Source of the DNA: Squalus acanthias
Lineage: Eukaryota
Direction of reading: 5' to 3'
Assembly (NCBI GenBank): GCA_030390025.1
Contig: CM059432.1
Location: forward strand, 19,098,001 to 19,162,000
DNA length: 64,000 bases
A program made the translations under genes and the position numbers. The notes under the pieces are model-generated. The model was given only the letters and a program-made list of their open reading frames with translations. It searched no databases and was not told where the DNA came from. Positions 39,393 to 51,289 of the stretch are shown piece by piece (position 1 is the first letter of the stretch; the number at the start of each line of letters is the position of its first letter).

Positions 39393-40237
39393 CTTAACAA
39401 AGGACAATGACCGTCTTACCAGACAATTAAATGATTCAGCGCCCCCAAATGGAGTCGGACCACAGGCAGTGTCATATTACTATACAACAGTTGGAAAACC
39501 AGCTGGGTAAACAACGGGCTGTAATAGCGGCAGTCACGGGAGTCGACCCCCCCGCGAGTTATGATAAAGAATGTGAGGAGTTAAGTGGAGAACTATATCC
39601 TCCCTTGCTACCCCCTTCCCAAAAGGCCCCCGTCTCTTATGCCACCATCGACCTGGCTAAGAGACCCCCAGCCTATGCTGATAACAATAGCGTAAAAACC
39701 TCAGTGGATGAGCCTCACCTGTTGAAGCCCCAGTTAATGTTCTGACCCGTACCCAAGTGATTCCTAACGCGCCACCAGCTGCTGACGGTGACCAGGCACA
39801 AGCAGCAGCACAACCAGCGGCAGCTCACCCGGGAATGCTGTGGGCGGGTACTTATGAACGATCCCAGCCCCTGAACTATGCAGAACTACAGGCATGTGTC
39901 CAGCAATTCGGACCAGTTAACCCACGAACATGCCCCATAGAGCTAAGGCAACGTACGGTGGGGTTCTGGAATTACCATCCTAATTTTGAGGACAGTGACA
40001 TGAAAAATGTTATACTGTCTGCCTTGACTCTGGACCTACGGACCAGTCTCCCATTCATGGCCTTTAATGTGGGGAACCCCCCTGAATAACTATACAAACA
40101 GCTCTGGGCTTGGACACTATTGATCTGGTTCAGAAATTAAACCAGTCTCAACAAGGGCCTCATGAGACCCCTGCTGCATTCGGGGATCGGTTGTACACTG
40201 TTTATGAGATGATGCAGGCACTCCCCAATGATAATGT

Positions 40238-41750
40238 TGTAAGGTTTCCAAAATTTGCAGATCCCCAAAAACCTAAGGAAAAAGGACTTTGGAACTACCT
40301 CAGAGTGATAAAAATGCATTTGGGCCAAACCTAAGGATTTTAAGACCAAAAAACAAGTTTTGGCATTTTAAAACTATGTCTGGGCCTGTAAAGGGACAAG
40401 GAGGTGGGTTCGACCTCTGTAAAAGCAGTTTGGCTATTGCAGTTAATTACACTGTCTGGGGAACCGGGATGACCTCACTCAAGCCCCAGCAGACATTAAC
40501 ATTTGAACAATAGACCCAGGGAGAAGACAGTCCCACCCAAAATACAGGCCCCATCAAAACCGATTACAGGGCCCATCAGAAACATGCATAATTAAAACCC
40601 ACTCAGGACCATTCTATAGAAAGACCGAGTCCAGCCTAGAAAACTAAACACAAAATCAATCAACTGTAATCAACCAAGGAGACCGACAGGATGCAAACCA
40701 TCCCAAAAGCCATTTGACACTTACAGAGCAGTTACTGGTAACAAGCCCGTCAAAACCAGACAATGAACTGAGTAGATTTGGCGGGCAGATAAGGCCACTT
40801 CAATTCAGTATAATTGAAGGTCCGTTAAGCAGTTCAAGGTCAGTGGCCATCAGAAGAAGAAGAAACAAGAAAGAAGACAAGCCGAGCTGGAAGCGAGTCG
40901 GCATCGCTCACCACTCAGACACACCTGAGTCCAGCTCGTGAAGATACCACCTCGACGGACCTCCAACAACGGTCCCAACACAGTCACCCGGAGCAACAAG
41001 CAGCAACAAGTCACCGACGGCTCCACGAGGTCGACCGACACACTAGACAAGGCCTAAAACCATCGCGGAAACCAAAGGCCTCAAGTAACCAACAACCGCA
41101 TATTACCCACAACTGACCGGGTAATAGCGGGCCACCGCGACCAACAAAGACCAACTCAAGGGAAGAACCCGAAGAACCGCAAAGTTTCCACTCTACAATC
41201 TACTCCTGACTTACCCCTGGGTAAGATTTTCCCAAAGACTCTAAGCACTACTGCTAAACCAAAGAAATTGGGTACTCACCAGATAGATCCAAAACGACAT
41301 CCTACCACATCAGCGGACTCGCGAAGACTGACCAGAGACTCAGGTGAAGTCCTCTACCGCATACGGGGTACGGCAGACACTAACCGCCATAAACAGTGAA
41401 CCCCAAAACCGCGATTTAGCCCAACTGTCAAAGGATTGGTGAGCATTATCCCTGGTCCTTCAAAGCCTAACTTAGCTAGTAAAGTGGGGTTGGGAGGGGT
41501 GAAGTATTGTTCTACTATCATTTCCCTCGCTTGTACCGAAGTGTTCCCCACCTTTAGAGTGTTAACAGTGTCATTATTTGTGTTTTACCTTTTTAATAAA
41601 GATTGAAGTTCTTTCATCAAACTCAGTTGTCTGCTGCACCTTTTGTCACAAGCCCCCAAATAAGTCCAAGGCCTAGAACCAAGGGAGTGGTAGCGATTCG
41701 AACCGCTCAGAAGTCTGAGGTGAAGCTGACACAAACCACCACCCCCTACA
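40238..41750 (+). mobile_element. Solo LTR (1513 bp) inserted in gag
   Basis: tgtaagg...cctaca ends, TSD atgt, AATAAA near 41596. Removing it restores ..ALPNDNVVNGKNEAAFKK.. Confidence 0.88.
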
Positions 41751-42283
41751 ATGTCGTAAACGGGAAGAATGAGGCAGCATTTAAGAAAATATACTTAAAG
41801 AATATTCAGGCCTCACTGTGAGCAGCCTTAGGGCACACTGTCAGCCACAACTCACAATGGACAGACCTTTTAAGAGATGCTAACGCTGCATGGGCCTACG
41901 CTAAAACTCAGGTTCAGTTACCAACAGCAGAAACACCAGCAGTTGAGGGACCCCAGGCCTCCCCAGCGTCACCGCCCCATAAGCAGCCCTTGATATGTTA
42001 GAACTGCGGAAAGGTGGGACACTTTGCAAAAGATTGCTGAGGTCCTAGACAGACAGGCTCTGGAGGTGGGAGGAAAAATAGTAATTACTCGCAATATGGT
42101 CCATCCCGTTCACCCAATCCAATGGAGAGTAAAATAGACGTCCTAGGCTCGTGTATGGAGAGCATGTCATGTATTATGCAAACTCTTGCATTGACCCAGA
42201 TGTCGGGGTACCCCGTGACTCCAACTATGAGCTCGTCATTCCTGCCCCCACCATTGCCCCAACAACCCAACGGCTCACAATGA

Positions 42284-45200
42284 CGGGGTCCGGCCCCACC
42301 AGCCTGGTCTGAAGTGGGGTTCAGACGAGACAGCCATGGTCGACCGGTGGTCCCAGCTTTGCTGCCTGGGGAGCCGACAGCAGACTATGCTAATAGACAC
42401 CGATTCATCTGTTTCAATCCTGCATACGCCAGACCCTGAACGCCAGCTTGAAATAGGCAAAAGTAGCTTCGTAATAACAGGAATCACCGGCGCACAGGCA
42501 CCAGCGTACTCGGGAGAGGAAGTTAGTATTGTTCTGGGTAAACTCCCCGTAAAAATCACCGATCCGTTATATATGTGTATGACAAACGAAATGGGAATAC
42601 TTGGCAATGACACCCTACGGGGAATGACAGCCATTATAGATTACAATCAGAACTGTTTGTGGGTTGAGTCTAAACCGGGAGATGTAGTGCAAATCTCAGA
42701 CGCCCACTCGGTGTTTGCTATAAAGAAGCCTGAGCAGATAGCACTGCCGACACATTCCCTGTCTGCTGTTAACTCCTAAACTGACTAAACACGCAGCAGC
42801 CTTTGCTAAGTCTAAACACAACTGTGGGGGAATGGAAGGGGAAACGCGAATTAATGGTCCACCCCATCGCGTATGTAAACAACACCCAATTCCCTGGTAA
42901 AGTATTCTGTATTTACGAACAGTCATTGCCTCATTAGAAGAACAGGGAGCACTGCGCAAAGGTTTGTTTACCACCAATTCCCCCGCATGGCCAGTTTGGA
43001 AGCCAGATGAATCCTGGAGGCTTACTATTGATTACCGAGCCCTAAACAAAGCTTCCCCACATCAGAGTCCGACTGTTAGTCAAGCCCCTTCGCCATTGAC
43101 ATCTGTAGCCCCCAAAGCTACTGTCTTCTCTACCCTAGACATAGTGAATGGATTTTGGAGTATCCCAGTTGCTCAGGAGGACCAGTACAAATTTGCTTTC
43201 ACGTTTGAGGGGCAGGGCTACACGTTTTCGTGTTTACAGCAAGGGTTTCATAACTCACCATCAATCTTTCATCAATATATGGCACGCACAGTTAAAGACT
43301 TTTCTAAACCATCAGCCCTTCTACAGTATGTTGACGACCTGCTCCTGGCTACCGAAACAATGGAGGAACACCTAAAACTTCTAGATGAGTTGATAGGGTT
43401 AGTACAGAAGGCAGGGCTGAAAATAAATCCAAAAAAGGTTCAGCTGGCAAAAGATGAGGTTATCTTTCTGGAAGTAAAGATTTCAGCGACCTCAGTCCGG
43501 ACCACCAAAAGGTAGAGACTATTCAACGACTCCCATTGCCAGTTTCGAAGACCGCACTGCGATCCTTGTTAGGCTTGGTTGGATATCAGCGAAATTTTAT
43601 TCCGAACTTTGCGGACTTGGCAAAACCTTTGTATGATCTTTTAAAGGGCGATGCGGAAGAGATACAATCCGTATGGGAAGACCACCATACTGCTGCAGTT
43701 AGTGCTTTGAAACAAGCCACGATGCAGGCTACTGCTCTCATTTCCCCGGATCACAGCCAGCCCTTCCATCTTGAAGTAGGTTCCACCCCTACCAGCCTAA
43801 CTGCCATTTTAAGTCAGACCCAAGCAATCAGCGAGACACTAAGCCCCATTGCGTACGCCTCACGTATTTTACGAGTGGTAGAAAGCACATTCTCAGCGTG
43901 TGAGTGCCACCTGTTGGCCACATTTTGGGCAGTCAATCATTTTACTTATATCACCGGACTGCAGAAAGTGACTTTGCATTCACCACACACGCCCCTTAAT
44001 CTGCTGGTAAAACCAAGTGAGACTAAGGTGTCCTCTCAGCGAATCAGTAAATGGACACTTGAATTGTTACAGCGAGACCTGGACATTACTCCTAAACAAA
44101 CTACACCGTTACCTTTTATGCTTGCCTATGAGGGAAGCCCACACCAGTGCCCATTACCAATACTAAATATGGAACCAAACCCAGTAAAGGCCAATGCCAT
44201 ACCTGGAGCTCGAAATGTGTATGTAGACGGATCATCATACTATGTAGACGGCCATCCTGGAACTGGATGTGCCCTCATTGATATGGACGCTCTCGATTGG
44301 TCAGTGGGATTCCAGGTTCCCGCCCACTCCTCCCAACAAGCAGAACTAATTGCTGTAATTCTCGCCACTCACTACACAACTACGGATGAAACTAATAGCT
44401 GGTCCAACAGCAGCTACGTCTGTAATGCAGTTATGGCCCTTCCCCTATATTGTACACATGAGTTTTGCTCATCAGATGGTAAATCTTTATTACATTCTGG
44501 TCTCCTTCGTAAGCTATGGAAAGTGCTCCAGGAGCAAGTCGCTCCCTGTCATGTCGGAAAGGTAGCAGCCCATCAGAAAGATTCATCTCCCCACTCCTGA
44601 GGAAGCTGCCGAGAACGGCTGTCTATTGCCTTGGTAGGTGACGAATGACACTCAGACGCCCGTAGTGGGGGCGGTAACTAAAACCAAAACCATTGATCGT
44701 TTGGCCCTACAGGATTCACACGCTCCCTATGCGCAAGTAATAGCCTGGCATGAACAGGGACGCCCACTACCAGCACCCACCCCATGGGCAAACGCAACTA
44801 TAGTACAACATGTGGCGGATAAAAACCCTCCCCTGCTAATGGTTAAAAACAAAGAGGGAGACTTAGTAGTTTGTATTCCTCCTCAGTTGAAGGAAGAAAT
44901 TCTAGCCCTCTTCCATTCCCACCCGATGGCGGGACATTACTCAGCGGCCACTACACTACAAACATTATTATCTGTTTGCTGATGGCCTGAAATGGAGCAG
45001 CATGTGGAACAACCTGTTAATCGCTGCCTGCCATGCCTACAAACAAACCCTCCTTCATGTTCTAATCGTGCCTTGTTTAGGTCACAGCCCCCTCCCGAGG
45101 GACCATGGACTCACCTACAGATTGACTTTATTGGCCCGCTAACAAAATCCAAGGGTAACTACGAGTACGCACTCGTGGTAATTGATCAGTTCACTAAATG

Positions 45201-45970
45201 GATAGAGGCGTTTCCCACAAGAAACAATAAAGCGCGCAATGCTGCCCGAATTCTCCGGAGTGAGGTGTTCTGTAGGTAGGGATTACCGCTACAAGTGGAT
45301 AGTGATCAGGGTCCACACTTCACGGGGGCAGTTTTCACAACCCTACAAGAAATGTTACAGCACATTGCGCACCATCCACAATCATCAGGGATTGTGGAGA
45401 GGGGGAATTGAACTCTAAAAACAATGCTGCAGAAGCTGTGTACAGAACACCCCACTCAGTGGACTAACATGTTGCCCTTATGTTTAATGGCAATACGTTC
45501 CACCCCACACGGGACTACGAGGCTAAGTCCATATGAGGCTATGACTGGGAGACAAATGCGGATACCAGGACATGTAACATTGGGGAATAACACATCATTA
45601 AAGTTACAACCCTGTAGTCAAAAATGGTTACAAACCTTGATAGATCATATGGACGAGGTGAACAGGCTGGTGGCCATTAACACAGGCAAATCGCGTGAAC
45701 AAATCAAGCGATATTATGATAAGAGGGTAAAACCACTTGAGTATGCGGTTGGGGACCGGGTAATGTTACAAAATTTCTCTCCAAAAAAACACTCATTCGA
45801 GGTAAAATGGAGGGGCCCTCATACCACAGTAGATAAATTAAATCCAGCTGTGTATCTACTGAATGTGCCAGATGGTCCGAAGGGAGAACCTAAACTAAAA
45901 TGGTTCCATATCAATCAGATGAAAACTGTTAAGAATCAAGATGTTACATTTTGGTCTACCCACAGGTTAA
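42284..45970 (+). pseudogene. pol: ERV pol: protease, RT, degenerate RNase H tether, RNase H, integrase
   Basis: PR: LIDTDSS and GILGND. RT: WRLTIDYRALN, LDIVNGFW, QGFHNSP, QYVDD. RNase H: VYVDGSS, QQAELIA. IN: HSHPMAGH/CLPC, LQIDFIGP, SDQGPHF, GIVER, WRGPH. Confidence 0.92.
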
Positions 45971-45972
45971 AG

Positions 45973-48900
45973 ATGTGGCTCTGTATACTGATATTGATGA
46001 CTGGATGTGCAGTGAGCTCTACGGAGGTAACAAAAACTTTTGACATTACCATTAACATCTGTACACCGGATCAAGGAGGCGAATGCGCCCCACTCCCCAT
46101 CTATGGAACGGAACCTTAAATTGTTTGCGGACATAAACAATCAAAGAACCATAGTGGTTCATCTGAGACATATGGGGGGAGTATTCCGGTTTGGATCAGA
46201 AACAGTACAAAAGATAATGTAACAACAACATATGTGACGGGTTGTGGTACATTACAAGAAAAGGTGTATAGTTGGGAAATAAAAGAAGGATATAGTGTGT
46301 GTATCAGGTGCGGGATAAGGGACAGCAAAGGCCCAAATGTGTGGCAATTCCTGAAGAAAAATAATAGAATCTGGGAACAGGTACAAGAATCAAACCAGGG
46401 CCTAGTAGCTTCAGAGAGCAAGGAATACATACAATTATGCTGGCCTCGGTGGTGGAAGAAACACACCGGCCAGTATTCTTGTATTGGGTCAAATATTATC
46501 TCGACCCTAAAAATCAGGGTGATGATTGGCCTTCTATCCCCGAAGATAATATGAAGATTACTTCAGCAGGGAATGAACCCTTTATGACAACCTTTAAATG
46601 TTGGGGAAATTATAGGGACCCCGAGAATGAAGATAGCAGCATAGTAGAATTCAAAAATGCAACAACTGGGTGTCTAAGGGAGGATGGGTATTTCTATAGC
46701 ATTAGGCTCACACCCTATGAGAAAACAAACCATTCAGAACCCCAAGAGGGAGTACTCGAGAAACAATGCCCCCACTTAAAACCGGGACCTAGGAATGGTC
46801 TTGTAATTATCCCTACCTATAAAGCAGTGCATCATCAAGTAATAGCAGAAGTGGCCCCTGTTATCCTCAATTTAACAGACCTAATACTACCAAAGTGGTG
46901 CCCTGACAAAACCGCGCAATTAACTCAAAGAATGCTGCAGCACATTGTTAGCAAATACTGGGAAAAGGCGACTTTGTCGACGAGCATAGAGAAAACAGAA
47001 GAGGCCTTCCGCCACGAGCTTAGTACCACTCAAGAGGAAAGCCAGGGAAAGAGTAGGCGGAGAAGAGAATTGATAAATGATGGGCTCACAGGTTTCAACA
47101 CAGTAACCTCAATAGTTAACTCAATGGACTCTGCAGATTTACAGAGACAAATACAAATGGTAAGGGAGAAATTGAAGGAGATACTCAGTAAGGAAAACAG
47201 CATAGAAAGCGAGGAGCTAAGGGAGGATTAGGTAATGACCATACACCTGCGGGATATCATACACGAGATAGAGGATCACGCCAAAAGAATTAATGATCTG
47301 ATTAGAGAAAACAGAAATGCCTCTGATCAAGCAGCCCATAATGACGTACGCATTATGTACAGGAATTGGCTGATTGAGCAAACTAGGGAAAACCTTCAGA
47401 CCATCAACAAGGGACGTCTCCCCACTTGGGTCACTAATAAACACTTATCAGGGCTATCCAGTTATTACGATGATACAGAACTATGTAAGATCAGAAGTTT
47501 GATTAGGATCCACCCCGTCAAACACGAATGCCATGAGGTAGGGAGTCAAAGGTTGATGGGACTAATACTACAAATTCCTAGTCTAATGAATCGAACCAGG
47601 CCCAACCCCCTATTTCGAATAGAGAATATAGGAGTAGTAAAGGGAAATACTATTAACCGATTTCTCACGGCACCACAATGGTTAGTACAGTTAGAAAAAC
47701 TAACATGGATTGAACCAAACCTACAAGGATGTAATACAAATGAGGATGCCCTTGTTTGCCCATACAGTTTGTACGATCATTCAAAGGACACCTGTGGGTA
47801 TGGTTGGAATGAAGGAAGGTTAAACTGTACTATGGAAGTGACAGGCCCCTCAGATGTAAGAACTAGGACAGCCTACATATGAGAAGGGAGGTATTGTTTT
47901 ACCACTTTAGAAAACTCTTTTAATCACGGAACACTTGAATGTTCAATAACCCCAGGGACCTACTGTATCACACCCACAAAGACTACGGTAATAGGAGGAA
48001 GGATTCTCCTTGCAATAGCCTCACATTACAAGTAGAAGATGATTTAAATATAAATCTAGAAGATTATGTCACTAAATTCGGATATGATAGCCCTGAGCTA
48101 CCTGAAGCCTTAACCGAATTAATAAATCAAGTGAGCACCTCCCAATGCCATTATTATACACTGGTGCAAAGGAATAAAGCCATAGCCAAGGAAATTCCAG
48201 ATATCGAAGATCAAACACACTGGTGGGACATAGGGACAAACATGGAAATTCCTCCTTGGATTAGGATAATTTCCCATGTACTGGTCATACCCAACTCGTA
48301 GTACTGATATGCTTACTATTCCACACCTGCTACCTGAAACACCTAGGGCTGGATTTTGAATGACCCATGGAGTCGGGTTTGGAGGCGTGTGGGGGGTTAA
48401 ATTTGCGGGGTCGGGGTTTCCGACCCCATCCCGACTCCATCCCGCCTGCACGCAATTTTAACAAAATCAGTCACGGGGTTCCCGACTCCGTCCCGCCTCC
48501 AAGAGGCGGGAGAGGCCATTACAGCCCTTAACAAGCCCTAAATTGGGTCTGTAATGCTATTTTGAATCGTTGTAGCTAGTTTAACCCATTTCTGACGTGA
48601 AGTACGCCTGGTGTGAAACACTCCAGTGAAACCTGGCGGGAGCACAAGTGGATAGCTGACTATGAGCTGCAGGTCCACTATTACAACGGAGATGTGATGA
48701 AGGTCGTAGTAGTATTAGGTCTTAAAGTCGCCTCTGATGCTGCTGCATTGAATGTCTTCAGAGACTGCCTGGCCTTTGCTGCGAGAGGACTTGGATGGAA
48801 AAAAATTCATTCTCTCTCTCTCTCTCTCTCTCATATATATCAATTTTCTATCCAGGTCCAATCACATCAAAAGCCAGGCAGGTCCTCTCTGACCAGCAGC

Positions 48901-49218
48901 CAGACAATCTCTGAGAGCAGGCAGTCAGCAATGATGACATCATCACAGGCGGGTTTCAGGCTGAAACCACTAATTGGTTCATGGGTTCCCACATGCTGGA
49001 ACTCAATTGCCCAATTAAGTTAAAATTGCATCATTCATCCACATTAATCTGGAGTCGGGGGGGAAACACGAAATGTGGAGGACATGACCTCAACCCGACC
49101 CCAAGACAAAATCCAGCCCCTAATGTACGAAACCCGATCCCATTTAAATATGATCACAACCCAGAATATCTTAGAGTTACATAAACGTGGGAGAACAAAC
49201 CCGTATGTAAGATTTTAG
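45973..49218 (+). pseudogene. env: ERV env: signal peptide, Ig-like domain, F-like class I fusion protein, TM and tail
   Basis: Signal MWLCILILMTGCAVSS, furin site RRRR at 47055-47066, heptad region, Cys-rich region, TM ~48265-48335. The tail ends YVRF* once the MITE is removed. Confidence 0.82.
48346..49119. mobile_element. Harbinger-type MITE inserted in the env tail
   Basis: TIR gggctggatttt/aaaatccagccc, TSD cta, same family as 58823-59703. Confidence 0.88.
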
Positions 49219-49248
49219 TTTTGAAGGGTCGGCAAAATGCCTCACCCT

Positions 49249-49261
49249 CAAGGTAGGGATC
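49249..49261 (+). promoter_or_regulatory. Polypurine tract
   Basis: aaggtagggatc immediately precedes the TG of the 3' LTR. Confidence 0.6.
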
Positions 49262-50002
49262 TGTAGGATAGAGTGTACCTGTAGGATTTAGTAAACATTA
49301 TTAAGATTCTATAATCATTTTTATATAACTATAATATGTGAAATTGTATGTTAAAAACCTAAAAAGCCTGTATAAAATGGCGAATGGCTGAGACCAAAGC
49401 AGGATGGGAAATTATGCCAACCTGACTTAAAACCTCTGTTATAAATTACTGAAGTAATGGAATGTTGTGTTAAGTAAACCCAGAGATAGTAGGAGGCATG
49501 AAATTCGGTAATGTTATGGAAAAGAGATAGGAGTTGGAGACAGCCTTCATTCAAGAAACTGCAGAATAGACAAACTGTTTAGAAAACACCTCAAGGATGT
49601 TCTGTGAAGCTCACAGCAGAAAAGGGGAGGGAATCATAGACCGTACTTGTGAAGGTCAGAATGGTGAGATAGCCCAAGCAGCTGCAAGTTGCTATGTATT
49701 TTGAAGGGAAAAAAAGGTATAAAGGAACAACTATTGAACACTGGAAGCAGCACGAAACTAGAGGATGAGAAGCTTCAGTCAACAGAACACAGCAAGAGCA
49801 TAAAGAGACCGCGCCGCAGTCACTCGGAAGGAACGCCGGGATTCAATAAACAGACTGCGACTATCTTCTTGTTAAGTATTATTTCTTTGTACTGGATGTT
49901 TAATGCTTAATAAACCTGTTTTACTGATACACAATATACCTGGACCCAGAGTGCTTTGTGTAGTTACGGACAAATGATTATAAGGAGCTTTTAAAAGCTA
50001 CA
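49262..50002 (+). repeat. ERV 3' LTR (741 bp)
   Basis: Inverted termini tgtag...ctaca; direct repeat of the 5' LTR. Confidence 0.92.
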
Positions 50003-50465
50003 GGTACAAATTTACACCATAGTGCTGGTCTGGAGTACGATCACCTGCTGATTATGACCTAAGGACAATTTTTCAATGGATTACTCCACCCCACGTTCCC
50101 TTCAGGCTCTAGCTTTGCATATAGAGTCCTTTGTTCATACATCAGTTTGCAAATATATGTCCCTTTTCCCCAACAATGCAATTGATTCATCTTTTCTTTT
50201 TTCTCCCTGTTATGCACACCTGATTCTCTAATACTGGTTACAAAAACAGAATTACCATAAATAAAATGGCAGCTTGAGTGAGCACCAAGATCGCTGATAT
50301 TATGCCCATTTTGGGCACAAACCAAAAATTTCCCTGATACATGGCGGGTCATTAAGGTGTCACGTTTTCTGGAAATTAGCTACATTTTTCCAAGATGAAA
50401 TATTCCTGGATGAGATACATTGATTTTATTGAGACTGAATACTTAGAAACATGCTTTGACATATA

Positions 50466-50667
50466 GGGGATCATTTTCAACGTCGGTGCGGGGGAGGGGC
50501 GGTGGGCAGGCAGGGGAACTGACAGTCGCAGATCGTCCGCCTGTTATGCGCTCTGCCCGATTATCTTTCAATGGAAAGTAAAAGGGAGTGGGGTATATAT
50601 AACAGGCGGCCAATCTGTCATCACCAGTTTCCCGCCCCTCTCCCCTCCGAAGTTGAAAATTACCCCC
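50466..50667. mobile_element. Short MITE (Harbinger-like)
   Basis: TIRs ggggatcattttcaacgtcgg / ccgaagttgaaaattaccccc, TSD ata. Confidence 0.7.
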
Positions 50668-51289
50668 ATAGTGACTAACAATTGGCTACGAATGGGCCAG
50701 TCACCAATGAAATGTACAGGGCTAAAAATGTGCCAGCTATGAATGAATGGAAATCTCTCCACATGCTCCTTGAGAAAATCACTGAGTCGTTTCATCCATT
50801 ATGACTCAAATCACTTTATTATCAAACACCATACTAATGATATCCATTAGCTCAGCATTTTTGGATAATTGTCCCAGAAAATATGGAGTGCTGTAAAATA
50901 TAAAATCAGATAGCTACCTCAGAAATGTTCTCACTCCAGTAACTTACATCTGTTTCTTTTCTCTTAATCCATTCAAATATTTTTTCAATCTGCTCACTCT
51001 CATCATTCTATTTCTTTCCACCCCGAGCAATTTCTTGAATCCAGGAATATAAACCAGTTTATAATGCAAGCATTAATGAGACTCATTCTGCGATGCCTCC
51101 AATTGTATTCTCTCTGAAATATCTATCCAGTTCCCTCTTGATTTTGCCAAGACTCTCTGCCTCAAATGCCTCCCTTGGGCCCTGTGTATTCTATGCTCAT
51201 CACCTGCTGTGTAAAATAGTTAAATGTCTGTTCACGTTACCGCTTCTGAGCTTGACTCGCTCGGTGCATCCAACATCATGTCATGGATG

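Larger units (their letters stand above)
38888..42283 (+). pseudogene. gag: ERV gag (stops, frameshifts, two nested insertions)
   Basis: Coiled-coil-like N-terminus, PPAY late-domain-like motif, MHR-like QGPHETPAAFGDRL, and zinc knuckle C*NCGKVGHFAKDC at 41996-42037. The start codon is tentative. Confidence 0.8.
38299..50002 (+). mobile_element. Endogenous retrovirus, lokiretrovirus-like (LTR-PBS-gag-pol-env-PPT-LTR), decayed
   Basis: Paired LTRs, tRNA-Lys PBS, gag/pol/env motifs in canonical order and two RNase H domains. Confidence 0.9.

Noticed and set aside
38299..50002. Classification as a foamy virus based on the tRNA-Lys1,2 PBS and YVDD
   Set aside because: Gag has a CCHC knuckle and an MHR-like motif, there is no room for accessory genes between env and the LTR, and the LTR is short. 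Phylogeny is needed for a final call.
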